From contig DASZVJ010000034.1 of the NCBI GenBank assembly GCA_035547155.1, positions 5,895-69,894 on the forward strand: a stretch of DNA of 64,000 bases, read 5' to 3'. Positions 48,526 to 57,882 of the stretch are shown piece after piece (positions within the stretch are counted from its first letter, which is position 1; every line of letters begins with the position of its first letter). This DNA is from Vicinamibacterales bacterium. Lineage in GTDB: Bacteria > Acidobacteriota > Vicinamibacteria > Vicinamibacterales > SCN-69-37. The position numbers were made by a program, and so were the translations under genes. The notes beneath the pieces were generated by a model that saw nothing but the letters and a program-made list of their open reading frames with translations, was not told the origin of the DNA and made no database searches.

Positions 48526-49719
48526 ATGACGCGAATGCTGCGAGTCTTCGTCGTGTGCGCGGGAGCCACCCTGTTGGCGCGGCCGGCCGTCGTCGTGCAG
48601 TCGACGGTGCGCGTGGTGAAAGTCGCGGGCGATCGACATCAGCTCGCGCTGAAATCAGACGGGACCGTGATCGCCTGGGGCCAGTGGGCCTACGGTCAGC
48701 TCGGACCGGTCGCGGCGATCGGCGTGACGGGATTGTGGGCCGATCGGCCGATCGCGATCGCGCTCGAGGGCAAGGCCGTCGACGTGGCCGCGGGCGACAG
48801 CACGTCCTACGCCGTGCTCGAGGACGGCACCGTGTGGGCTTGGGGTGATGGCCGTCAGGGCGAGCTCGGCACCGGCCCGAATCCGCGGTTGTCGCGCCTG
48901 GCCAACAGCACGCCGTCGATGGAATATCGCGGCGCCGAGCACCCGGTGAGGGTCGACGTGGATCAAGTCAAGGCGATCGAAGCCGCGGGACACACGGCCG
49001 TGGCGATCCTGCGCGACGGCACGGTCGTGCAGTGGCCGCGCCGACGCACGCCCGACGCCGAGCCGAGCTTTCGGCCGACGCCCGTGCCGAAGCTGACCAA
49101 CGTCACGCAAGTCTCGGTCGAATGGAGTCACATGCTCGCCCTCACGTCCGACGGCCATGTGTGGGCGTGGGGCAGCAACGAAAACTATGCGCTCGGCGTC
49201 GAGCCGAAGGGAGGATGGGTCAACGATCCGGTCGAAGTACCTGGGCTGACCGATGTCGCGGCCGTTGCTGCAACCGGCGATGCGTCGCTCGTGCTGAAGC
49301 GCGACGGCACGGTGTGGGTCTGGGGATCGAATGGCCAGGGACAGTTCGGCAACGGCCAGCGCGCGAACCACCCGACCGTCGGCACAACGGGCACGCCACA
49401 GCGCGTGCCGGGCATCGCGAACGTCGTAGCGATGAGCGCCGGCTTCGGCGGTCGGCACGTGCTCGTGCTCCTGAAAGACGGCACGCTGCGGGGCTGGGGC
49501 AACACCGACTGGGGCCAACTCGGCGCCGGCGTGTCCGGCACGTTCCAGCTCTCGCCCGTCACGCCGAAGCTGGCCGGTGTAAATGCGGTCTTCGCGGTCG
49601 GCAACAACAGCTTCGCGGTGAAGAACGACGGCAGCTTCTGGGGCTGGGGCAGCGGCGGTCAGGGCCGCTGGCCGTTCAGCGCCAACACGAAGCTGCCCAC
49701 GGCGATTGCGCTGCCCTGA
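48526..49719 (+). CDS. Secreted RCC1-repeat (beta-propeller) protein
   Basis: Trimmed to ATG 48526 (GGTGAGG upstream). Signal peptide MTRMLRVFVVCAGATLLARPAVV. About 7 units of the RCC1 pattern (HQLALKSDGTVIAWGQWAYGQLG, SYAVLEDGTVWAWGDGRQGELG, HMLALTSDGHVWAWGSNENYALG, ASLVLKRDGTVWVWGSNGQGQFG, ...). Confidence 0.85.
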   Translation: MTRMLRVFVVCAGATLLARPAVVVQSTVRVVKVAGDRHQLALKSDGTVIAWGQWAYGQLGPVAAIGVTGLWADRPIAIALEGKAVDVAAGDSTSYAVLEDGTVWAWGDGRQGELGTGPNPRLSRLANSTPSMEYRGAEHPVRVDVDQVKAIEAAGHTAVAILRDGTVVQWPRRRTPDAEPSFRPTPVPKLTNVTQVSVEWSHMLALTSDGHVWAWGSNENYALGVEPKGGWVNDPVEVPGLTDVAAVAATGDASLVLKRDGTVWVWGSNGQGQFGNGQRANHPTVGTTGTPQRVPGIANVVAMSAGFGGRHVLVLLKDGTLRGWGNTDWGQLGAGVSGTFQLSPVTPKLAGVNAVFAVGNNSFAVKNDGSFWGWGSGGQGRWPFSANTKLPTAIALP

Positions 49720-49738
49720 AAGCGCGGATCGCGAATCG

Positions 49739-51007
49739 ATGAGCACGACCGGTCCCGTGAGCACACCACCCAGCGCCAACACCCTTCACCATCATTCCCG
49801 GCAGATGCGCGGACGCGATCGCCACGAGGCGAATCGCGTTGCCACGCCGCTCGAGCTGCTGTTCGATCTGACCTTCGTCGTCGCGTTCGGCCTCGCGGCG
49901 TCGCAGCTCGCGCATGCGCTCGCGGAGGGCCACTACCTCACCGCCGCGATCGGTTTCGGTCTCGCCGCGTTCGGCATCTGCTGGGCGTGGACGAATTTCA
50001 CGTGGTTCGCGTCGGCGTACGACACTGACGACTGGATCTACCGCCTCGTCACGATGGTGCAGATGATCGGCGTGCTCATCCTGGCGCTCGGCCTGCCCCG
50101 GCTGTTCGCGTCACTCGAGCACGGCGAGCACGTCGACACCGCGGTGATGGTGCTCGGCTACGTGATCATGCGCGTCGCGCTCGTGTTCCAGTGGCTGCGC
50201 GCAGCGCGGCAGGATCGCGTGCGCCGCCGCTCGTGTCTCACGTACGCGGCCATTGTCTCGGCCGCGCAGGTCGGCTGGGTCGCACAGATCGGATGGCACC
50301 TGTCGCTCGCGCCGACGCTGATCGTCATCGGCGCGCTCACACTCGTCGAGCTCTCGGCGCCAGTGCTCGCGGAACGCCACAGCGGCGGCACGCCCTGGCA
50401 CGCGCATCACGTCGTCGAGCGACACGGCCTCTTCGCCATCATCGCGCTCGGCGAGGGCGTCGTCGGCACGGTCGCCGCGCTGTCGGCCGTCGTCGAGCAG
50501 CAAGGCTGGAGCGTGGACGCGGCCCTCGTCGGCGTCGCCGGCGTCGGACTCACCTTCGGACTCTGGTGGGTCTACTACTTGCTGCCGTCCGCGTCCGTGC
50601 TCCACGCGCATCGCGATCGATCGTTCGTCTGGGGCTACGGTCAGCTCGTCATCGTCACGGCGATCGTGGCCACCGGCGCGGGGCTCGACGTCGCGGCGTC
50701 GTTCATCGAGCACGAGACGCGCATCGGTCCGCTCGCGACGGTGCTGACCGTGGCGATTCCCGTCGGCATCTTTCTCGGACTGATCTACGCGCTCTACTAC
50801 TACCTCGTGCGCCGATTCGATCCGTTCCACGTATGGCTACTGACCGCGACGGCGGCCGTCGTGGCGCTCGCCCTCGCCGCGGCCGTGTGGGGCGTGGACA
50901 TGGCCGTGTGTCTCGTGATCCTCATGTGCGCGCCCGTCGTCACGGTCGTCGGCTACGAGATCCACGGCTACCGGCATCAGGCGGACTCGCTCGCGCTCGA
51001 CCGGTGA
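49739..51007 (+). CDS. Low-temperature-requirement protein A (LtrA) family membrane protein
   Basis: Trimmed to ATG 49739. RVATPLELLFDLTFVVAFGLAA is the LtrA N-terminal signature. About 10 TM helices. Confidence 0.75.
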   Translation: MSTTGPVSTPPSANTLHHHSRQMRGRDRHEANRVATPLELLFDLTFVVAFGLAASQLAHALAEGHYLTAAIGFGLAAFGICWAWTNFTWFASAYDTDDWIYRLVTMVQMIGVLILALGLPRLFASLEHGEHVDTAVMVLGYVIMRVALVFQWLRAARQDRVRRRSCLTYAAIVSAAQVGWVAQIGWHLSLAPTLIVIGALTLVELSAPVLAERHSGGTPWHAHHVVERHGLFAIIALGEGVVGTVAALSAVVEQQGWSVDAALVGVAGVGLTFGLWWVYYLLPSASVLHAHRDRSFVWGYGQLVIVTAIVATGAGLDVAASFIEHETRIGPLATVLTVAIPVGIFLGLIYALYYYLVRRFDPFHVWLLTATAAVVALALAAAVWGVDMAVCLVILMCAPVVTVVGYEIHGYRHQADSLALDR

Positions 51008-51076
51008 GGTGAGTGCTCTTGTCGTTGGCTGCGCGGCGACGACGTCTGCTCGTCGTCGTTGCGAATCAGGTAGCGT

Positions 51077-51640
51077 ATGGCAATGCCGGACGACGACATC
51101 GCCGCGCTCGAGCAGGCCTTCATCGCCAGCGAGCAAGACGCGCGCACGCTCGTGGACGGCTTGAGCGAGAGTCACGGCACGTGGCAGCCGCAACCTGGCT
51201 CCTGGAGCGTTGCGGAATGTCTCGATCATCTGGCGACCGGCAATCGCGTCTATCTCGACGCGATGTCCCCGTCCGCTGAGCGCGCGCTCACCGAGGGACG
51301 CCTCAGGCGCGGTCCCGCGATGCCCGGGCTGATCGGCGGATGGTTCGTGCGATCGCTCGAGCCGCCCGTGAATCCGCGCTTCAAGATGCCCGCGCCGCGA
51401 AAGATTCGGCCGCGGGCATCACCGCCGCTCGCCGACGCGCGCGATCAATTCTTCGCGTCCCATCACGACGTCGTCACGTTCCTGCGGCAGTACGCCGCAA
51501 TCGATCTCGCACGCGTCACGTTTCCGAATCCGTTCATCCGCGGCGTTCGCTTCAGTCTCGCAACGGGACTCCACGTGCTCGCCGCGCACGAGCGCCGCCA
51601 TCTCTGGCAGGCGTGGCGCGTCCGGCGCGCGGCGGAATAG
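51077..51640 (+). CDS. DinB family (DinB_2) protein
   Basis: GTWQPQPGSWSVAECLDHLATGNRVYL...LAAHERRHLWQA shows the His triad spacing typical of the DinB fold. Confidence 0.75.
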   Translation: MAMPDDDIAALEQAFIASEQDARTLVDGLSESHGTWQPQPGSWSVAECLDHLATGNRVYLDAMSPSAERALTEGRLRRGPAMPGLIGGWFVRSLEPPVNPRFKMPAPRKIRPRASPPLADARDQFFASHHDVVTFLRQYAAIDLARVTFPNPFIRGVRFSLATGLHVLAAHERRHLWQAWRVRRAAE

Positions 51641-51690
51641 GACGCGGTGACGTCACCGTAGCGCTGAATCGCGCTCGTCCTGTGAATCGC

Positions 51691-51713
51691 CGTGAATTCC
51701 CGTCGAATTCACG
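51691..51713. repeat. Perfect 9-bp inverted repeat CGTGAATTC-ccgtc-GAATTCACG (hairpin; terminator or operator candidate)
   Basis: Read directly from the sequence. It lies 50 nt after the DinB stop and 60 nt before the lipoprotein ATG, flanked upstream by two TGAATCGC copies (51664..71 and 51683..90). It is not followed by a T-tract. Confidence 0.35.
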
Positions 51714-51772
51714 ACTTCTCTCATCGGCGGCGCCCAAGCTGAAGGCTGGCTCGTGTGCCTTCGGAGGCGACG

Positions 51773-52612
51773 ATGAGGACGACGATTGCGCTGCTGATGA
51801 TGCTCGGCACGTGCGCGTGCGGAAAGGCCGATATCCCGACCGATCCAGGCAAGGTCTACCAGCCGCCGCCGCTCGGCGCGTCTGTGGTCCCCGCGTCCAT
51901 CACGGCGTTTGCGATGACAGGACAACTGGTTCAGGACACGTATCATTACTGGCCGACACTGATCATCAACGCCGGCGGCACGGCGATCACGCTGAAGCAC
52001 ATCCGTTTTGCTCTGCCAGGCACAACGCTGACGAGCGACGGCGCGACGATGGACTGGACGGTCGACGCCGGCCACATCTTCGACTTCAGCACGGCGCACA
52101 CCCATTTCGAAGTCCTGGGATCCGGTCCCGCCACGAGCGCCACTGTGACGATCGACTACATCGGCGTGGATGGCCAGACACACGAGCTCACCGGAACGAC
52201 GTCGATCGACCATATCGAATCGACGGCAACGCCGGCGGCGCTGCAGATTTCGAACTTCGTCCTCACGCGCTGGCAGGGACCGAACGAGTGGGACTACTGG
52301 CCGCGCTTCACGGTCACGGAAACAAGCGGCGCCGTCGACGTCACCATCACGCGTATCGAATTCATGCTGCTCGACATGGGCATCAACGGCCGTGTGCCGC
52401 CGTCGTTCGGCTCGTGGAAGGTTCCGGCCGGCGGATCGATCCGCTTGTTCGACGAATGGTCCTACGGTGAGCCGGCGCTCTACTTGTCGAGCAGCGGGCT
52501 GACCGATCGCGCCATGGTGACGCTGTCGTACGTGGACACGACGGGCCGGCCCGGTGACGTCACCGCGACGGCACAGGTGAGTGCGGACGGACTTCCGCCA
52601 GCGCCGAAGTGA
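51773..52612 (+). CDS. Hypothetical two-domain lipoprotein, paralog A
   Basis: Trimmed to ATG 51773, preceded by TTCGGAGGCGACG. Lipobox LLMMLGTCACGK. Two internally similar ~100-aa domains (ITAFAMTGQLVQDTYHYWPTLIINAG... and ISNFVLTRWQGPNEWDYWPRFTVTETSG...). No family recognised. Confidence 0.65.
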   Translation: MRTTIALLMMLGTCACGKADIPTDPGKVYQPPPLGASVVPASITAFAMTGQLVQDTYHYWPTLIINAGGTAITLKHIRFALPGTTLTSDGATMDWTVDAGHIFDFSTAHTHFEVLGSGPATSATVTIDYIGVDGQTHELTGTTSIDHIESTATPAALQISNFVLTRWQGPNEWDYWPRFTVTETSGAVDVTITRIEFMLLDMGINGRVPPSFGSWKVPAGGSIRLFDEWSYGEPALYLSSSGLTDRAMVTLSYVDTTGRPGDVTATAQVSADGLPPAPK

Positions 52613-52655
52613 CGCGCGCGGCTCTATCGTGTCGATGTTGCGTTCGGAGGCGACG

Positions 52656-53528
52656 ATGAGAGCGACGATTGCGCTGCTGGTGATCCTCGGCACCTGCGCC
52701 TGCGGGAAGGCGGATGTTCCGACGGCACCGACGCCATCCTCACCGCTGGCGACAACTCCCGCCACGCCTGCGACGCCGGAACCGCCGCCACCCACGCCGC
52801 CCGAACCGCGCGAAGCCGGCATCGCGTCGTTCTCGATGACGGGACAGTTGATCCAAGGCGTCTATCACTACTGGCCGGCGGTGACCATCAGCGCCGGCAG
52901 TGAAGCCATCGTATTGAAGGGTTTGATCTTCTCACTGCGAGGCGTCGACATCGCCAACGACCGCGTCGGCATGAACCGGACGATCGCCGCCGGCACGTCG
53001 TACGAGTTCGACGCGCACAACTTCGAGGTGCTCGGATCCAGTCTGGGCACCGAGGCGACCGTCACCGTCACCTACATGAGTGCGGACGGCCACTCCTATC
53101 ACCCGATCGCCACGACGACGATCGCCCCGATCGAATCGGCACCGGCCAGCGCCTCGCTGCAGATCTCCGACTTCGCCCTCACGCGATGGCAGGAGCCGTA
53201 TGAATGGGACTACTGGCCTCGTTTCACGGTGACCGAAACGAGCGGCGCGTCCGACGTCACCATCACGCGCATCGAGTTCCTGCCGCTCGACACGGGCATC
53301 AACGGCCGCGTCCCGCCGTCGTTCGGCCCATGGACGGTTCCAGCCGGCGGATCGATCCGTCTGTTCGACGAATGGGGCTATGACGAGCCAGCGTTCGGTC
53401 TCTCGAGCAGCCGGCGGACCGATCGCGTGATGGTGACGCTGTCGTACGTGGATGCGGCGGGCCGGCCCGGCGATGTCACCGCGATCGCGCAGGTCAGCTC
53501 GGACGGACGCCCAGCGGCTCCACGGTGA
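52656..53528 (+). CDS. Hypothetical two-domain lipoprotein, paralog B (with a Pro/Thr-rich linker)
   Basis: Trimmed to ATG 52656, preceded by the identical TTCGGAGGCGACGATGAG context. Lipobox LLVILGTCACGK. Linker PTPSSPLATTPATPATPEPPPPTPPEP. The C-terminal domain is close to paralog A (LQIS.F.LTRWQ.P.EWDYWPRFTVTETSGA.DVTITRIEF). Confidence 0.65.
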   Translation: MRATIALLVILGTCACGKADVPTAPTPSSPLATTPATPATPEPPPPTPPEPREAGIASFSMTGQLIQGVYHYWPAVTISAGSEAIVLKGLIFSLRGVDIANDRVGMNRTIAAGTSYEFDAHNFEVLGSSLGTEATVTVTYMSADGHSYHPIATTTIAPIESAPASASLQISDFALTRWQEPYEWDYWPRFTVTETSGASDVTITRIEFLPLDTGINGRVPPSFGPWTVPAGGSIRLFDEWGYDEPAFGLSSSRRTDRVMVTLSYVDAAGRPGDVTAIAQVSSDGRPAAPR

Positions 53529-53553
53529 CGTTCGACGGCCGCGATCGCCGTGC

Positions 53554-54783
53554 TCAGTACAGCGTCGACTCGAAGAACGCGCGCATCGACGCCGCGTAGT
53601 ACACGCCGTACTTCGCGAACGTCGCCTTCGTGGCCTCGTCCGGTTTCCAGTCGAAGAACGCGTGGCTCGCGCCGCCGACCTGGATGTACTCCGCGCGCTG
53701 GCCGGCCTTGACGAGCGCATCGATGAAGTCGGTGACGTCCGCATTCGTGATCAGCGGATCGCGCGTGCCGCGCAGCAGGAACTGCGGCACCGATCGCTCG
53801 GTCGCCTGCGGGATGTGGCTGAGCGGCGCGATCGCTTCCTTCCACGCCATGTCGTTCGCGTGTTCCTCCGAATACGTGTTCAGCCGGGCCGCGGCGAACA
53901 CACCGTAGCTCGGCGCTGCGGCCTTGATGGCCTTCGACAGCTCGTCGCGCACCTGTGCGACCGTCTTGCCCTTCGGCAGATAGCTCGGCATGAACTGGAA
54001 GACGCCCGGCGTCTTGCCGAAGCCGCCGTCGCCGATCATGTTGGTCATCAGCGACGCGGCCGCCGAGAGATGTCCGCCCGCACTGTCGCCCGTCACGCCG
54101 ATGCGCGTCGGATCGCCGCCGTACTGCGCCGCGTGCTCCGCGATGTGCGCGATACCGCCGAAGACATCCTCGATCAGGTTCGCCATTGTGTTGCCGACGG
54201 CATCACCGTCCGCCTTGCCGCCCCAGCGGTAGTCCATGCTGAACACGACGAACTTCCCGCCCTTCACGAGCTCGCGCGCGAGGCCGCGCATGATGTCTTC
54301 GTCATTGGCCGTCCAGCCGCCGCCGTGGACGATGATGATGACGGGCAGGTTGCGCGCGCCCTTCGGCGAGAACACGTCGTACTTCAACGGCTTCACGCCG
54401 GGCTTCGCGTAGACGATGTCGTTGGTGACGACGATGTCCTTCACGGCGGCCGCGTCGATGAACGACGCGCCGACGCGCGTGTTCTGCGTGATCGTCACCT
54501 TGAACTCGCGCGTCATGCCCTCGTGGTACATCTGCCCGAACTGTCCGGGCACCGAGTACCACGCCGAGTCCAGCGCGTACCCCGCATCCGGCGTCGTCGT
54601 CAGCGTGACGACCGCGCCGGCAGGAAGTTTGCCGTCCGCCGGCAGCGCGGGCGTGATCTGCAGCTTGCCGTGTACCGGCGGCACGACCGTGACCGTGTAG
54701 GACGCAGGCGTCTGCGCGCGCGCGGTCGCGGCGACGGCCAGACACGCTCCGACGGTGAACAGAACTTTGGCGGCTGGGTGCAT
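53554..54783 (-). CDS. Secreted alpha/beta hydrolase (family IV/HSL-type esterase-lipase) with an N-terminal beta-rich extra domain
   Basis: Signal peptide MHPAAKVLFTVGACLAVAATARA. N-terminal ~100 aa domain (YTVTVVPPVHGKLQITPALPADGKLPAGAVVTLTTTPDAGYAL). Oxyanion HGGGW (IIIVHGGGWT). Nucleophile GDSAGG. Confidence 0.8.
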   Translation of the reverse strand: MHPAAKVLFTVGACLAVAATARAQTPASYTVTVVPPVHGKLQITPALPADGKLPAGAVVTLTTTPDAGYALDSAWYSVPGQFGQMYHEGMTREFKVTITQNTRVGASFIDAAAVKDIVVTNDIVYAKPGVKPLKYDVFSPKGARNLPVIIIVHGGGWTANDEDIMRGLARELVKGGKFVVFSMDYRWGGKADGDAVGNTMANLIEDVFGGIAHIAEHAAQYGGDPTRIGVTGDSAGGHLSAAASLMTNMIGDGGFGKTPGVFQFMPSYLPKGKTVAQVRDELSKAIKAAAPSYGVFAAARLNTYSEEHANDMAWKEAIAPLSHIPQATERSVPQFLLRGTRDPLITNADVTDFIDALVKAGQRAEYIQVGGASHAFFDWKPDEATKATFAKYGVYYAASMRAFFESTLY

Positions 54784-54865
54784 AGGTGTCGAATCTTAGC
54801 GCAAAGGGACACTGCCGAGCGGTTTTGTATATAAATTCCGTGCTCCCGCATGAGGTCCCCCCAGT

Positions 54866-55705
54866 ATGCGAATTGCGTGTGTCAGTGGACTCCTGGCTGT
54901 CGTCATCGTGCTCGGCGGTGGCTGCGGTAAAGGGAACAACGGTCAATCCAACGGAACGCCGACGGGTCCAAGCTCCACCGCGATCACGTCGATCGCCGTC
55001 AACTCATCCGGTCCAACGCTCACCGTCGGCAACACCGAAACGTTCACCGCGACGGCCACGCTCGGCAACGGAGCCACCCAGCCTTTGAGTGGAGGCATGT
55101 GGGGCCTCGACGCGCCGGCCGTCGCGTCCGTGGGAGGGAGCACCGGCGCGGTGAAAGGGCTCGCGTCTGGCGCCGTGACCGTGTTCGTCGATGCGCAAGG
55201 CGTCAGAGGCACGAAGCTCATCAACGTCGTGCCGAGCTATCAGGGACAGTGGGCCGGCGGATATACCGTCACCGACTGCTCGGACACGGAGGATTTCCAC
55301 CTGGGCGGCCTCTGTGCGCTGTTTGCGCCCGGCTTGCAGGCCGCGGCGGGATTTCAACTGACGCAGGCCGGCAAGGCCGTCACCGGCGCCACCAGGCTCG
55401 GAATCGTGATCTCCGACGCGTTCTCCACGTCGATCAACGGCGACGGCGGCCTGACGTTCTCGGTGAACGCCACATCGGGCACGACGACGGTGATGCAGTT
55501 CTGGTCGATCAATGTCCTGACGCCGGGACGGATGAGCGGCACGCTGCGTCAGGAGTGGTCCGACTCCTCGATCGCCGGGCATGCCACGGTGAACGCGACG
55601 ATCACGGACATCACACTCGCGGGCGCACAGCCGACGCGCGCGACGTCGAATCGACCGGCCCTCGTGCCCGACGGAGCCGGCCGGCGCTGGATGCAATTCA
55701 GATAG
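54866..55705 (+). CDS. Lipoprotein with a bacterial Ig-like (Big_2) domain
   Basis: Lipobox VIVLGGGCGK. Big_2-like ITSIAVNSSGPTLTVGNTETFTATATLGNGATQPL...ASVGGSTGAVKGLASGAVTVFV. Confidence 0.7.
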   Translation: MRIACVSGLLAVVIVLGGGCGKGNNGQSNGTPTGPSSTAITSIAVNSSGPTLTVGNTETFTATATLGNGATQPLSGGMWGLDAPAVASVGGSTGAVKGLASGAVTVFVDAQGVRGTKLINVVPSYQGQWAGGYTVTDCSDTEDFHLGGLCALFAPGLQAAAGFQLTQAGKAVTGATRLGIVISDAFSTSINGDGGLTFSVNATSGTTTVMQFWSINVLTPGRMSGTLRQEWSDSSIAGHATVNATITDITLAGAQPTRATSNRPALVPDGAGRRWMQFR

Positions 55706-55787
55706 CGATCACGATCCGTCCAGATCGATGTGTCCGATGTTGCCGACAACGAAGAAGCAGCGAGGATTGCGATCGCCCTTCAAGTCG

Positions 55788-57878
55788 ATGCGACTCGGCC
55801 TGCCTCTGATTCTCGCGATCGCCGCGGCGCCGGTGTCCGTATCTCAGGCGCCGATTCCGGCACCCGGCGCGGTCGACGTCACCGGCCGCACGGAGGTTGC
55901 GGGCCAGGCCGCGCGGTTCGTCTACGACTTCGATCACAACGCGCTCGCCGACGGCGTGCGCGCCGGCGACGCAGTGATTGCGCTGACGGCATCAGGCAAC
56001 CTGCTGCGAGTCGACGCGCGAACGCTCGCGCTGACGACACAGCAGGTCGTGGACGGTCGCGCGACAGCGATTGCGCTCGACGACCGCGGCGTCGTCCTTG
56101 TCGGCAAGGAAGACGGACAAATCGCCGTCGTCGATCCCTCGACGCTCGCGCTGACGACCATCGGTCAAGCTGATGGTGCTATCACCTGGTTGATGCGGCG
56201 CGGCGGAACGCTCGTCGCGATCGCGCGGTCTCAGACGCCGGAGCCCTGGCCGGGCCAGGACTATGCGTCGCTCAATCGCCTGATGCAGCGCCCAGCTCGC
56301 CTTTCCATGTTCGTGAGCCAGGGCGGCAAGGTCTCCACACGCGCATGGTCCGGGGAGGCGGCGACGACGTTTTTTCTCGATGCAGGCCTTCTCTGGTTCG
56401 GCACGGATCTCGGAGAATTTGGCGGCGCGCTCGGCTCGATCGATCTCGATACCGGCCGCCGCGTCCATGTGCCGGTCGAGAACGGCGTCTTGGGGATCAT
56501 GCGGGCGGACGACGGCCGATTGCTGGCCTATGGCGGCACGGCGCACTTGTGGGCGGCGAGCGGTTTCGTCGCCGAAGTCGTCGACGGACGAGCCAGGATG
56601 CTGCGTCAGTTCGAGCGGCCGACGCAGCCCCCTATCGATCAATCGCATCCAAACGCCCCGATCGACCGCGTTGCCGCTGATCGCGCTGGCAGCGGCTTCG
56701 TCGTGCTTTCCGCTCATCATCTCTATCACGCGAGCGCCGATTTCTCGACGTGGTCGCTATCGACCGATCTCGGTGGACGCTGGAGCGCCGGCAGGCGCCA
56801 TTCCGTCGGCAGCACACCAACCGTCAACGCGCTGCTTCCTGGCCTGAGCGCGAGTGAGTGGCTCGCGATCCGAGGACGTGACGGCATCCAGCGCATCGTG
56901 GGCGATCGCGTTGAGAGTGCCGTTGTGCCGCGCCAGCTCGAGTCGCCGATTGTCGACATCTGGCACACATCGAACGGCACGATATTCCTGTCCGATGGAG
57001 AATCGGTCCTGTGGCGGCATGACGGAGGCACGTGGACGACCTCGGCGCTCTGCCCCGACCATATCCCCGGCAGCGACTCGGAACCGAGCGCAATGCCGAT
57101 CGCGGACGATGGACGCGGCCTCCTCGTCGATTGCGACGGCACGGTGACGCCTGGACCATCCGCGTTGGTCCACATCGACGGGACCGGCGCGATGCGCACG
57201 ATCGACGTTCGAACGAGCGATCGCAACACGTCGACGCCGGCCTCGTTGTTCGTAGGGCCGGCAGGACGGCTGTTCGGCATGAACGAGGAGACGCTCTGGC
57301 GCAGTGACGACGGCGGGTGGCAGATCGCTGGAGCCATCGGCTCGTGGCCAGCTATGGACCGATGGTCGGGACAGGCAGGACGCCAGTACGTGACGCTGGC
57401 GACGCCGGACGATCGCACGGCGTTCATCTGGCATGTCGGCATCGGCGATCTCCTGCGACTCTCGCATCAGACCGATGACCGCTGGCGATTGGATGTCATT
57501 GGCAGGCCGACGATGGCCAATATCTTCGACGCGGTTGCGGATCGCGACGACGCGATTCTGACGTCGACGCCGCGAGGGCTCTTCCGGTACCACACGGGCG
57601 ACGGGCGGATCGAACGGTATCGACTGCCGGCTCGCGATCGAATTGTGACGGCCGTACGTGACCGGCGAGGACGTATCTGGGCCGCCGGCGATCGGCTGTA
57701 CGTGTCGAGTGACGGACGTCGGTGGAACGTCGTGGATCTTCCGATGATGTCGCAAACCTGGCTGAAACGGCTTCGTCTCGATCCCGAGTCGCCAGACACG
57801 CTCCTGCTGAGCCTGTTCGATCGCGGATTCGTCGCCATCACCGTGGACGGCGACAGCGATCGAGCAACGCCGCGATAA
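55788..57878 (+). CDS. Secreted beta-propeller-like protein with BNR/Asp-box-like motifs
   Basis: Trimmed to ATG 55788 (MRLGLPLILAIAAAPVSVSQA signal peptide); the start is uncertain (the track begins at 55728). Asp-box-like SxDxGxxW motifs: WRHDGGTWTT, WRSDDGGWQI, YVSSDGRRWNV. Confidence 0.55.
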   Translation: MRLGLPLILAIAAAPVSVSQAPIPAPGAVDVTGRTEVAGQAARFVYDFDHNALADGVRAGDAVIALTASGNLLRVDARTLALTTQQVVDGRATAIALDDRGVVLVGKEDGQIAVVDPSTLALTTIGQADGAITWLMRRGGTLVAIARSQTPEPWPGQDYASLNRLMQRPARLSMFVSQGGKVSTRAWSGEAATTFFLDAGLLWFGTDLGEFGGALGSIDLDTGRRVHVPVENGVLGIMRADDGRLLAYGGTAHLWAASGFVAEVVDGRARMLRQFERPTQPPIDQSHPNAPIDRVAADRAGSGFVVLSAHHLYHASADFSTWSLSTDLGGRWSAGRRHSVGSTPTVNALLPGLSASEWLAIRGRDGIQRIVGDRVESAVVPRQLESPIVDIWHTSNGTIFLSDGESVLWRHDGGTWTTSALCPDHIPGSDSEPSAMPIADDGRGLLVDCDGTVTPGPSALVHIDGTGAMRTIDVRTSDRNTSTPASLFVGPAGRLFGMNEETLWRSDDGGWQIAGAIGSWPAMDRWSGQAGRQYVTLATPDDRTAFIWHVGIGDLLRLSHQTDDRWRLDVIGRPTMANIFDAVADRDDAILTSTPRGLFRYHTGDGRIERYRLPARDRIVTAVRDRRGRIWAAGDRLYVSSDGRRWNVVDLPMMSQTWLKRLRLDPESPDTLLLSLFDRGFVAITVDGDSDRATPR

Positions 57879-57882
57879 ATTC

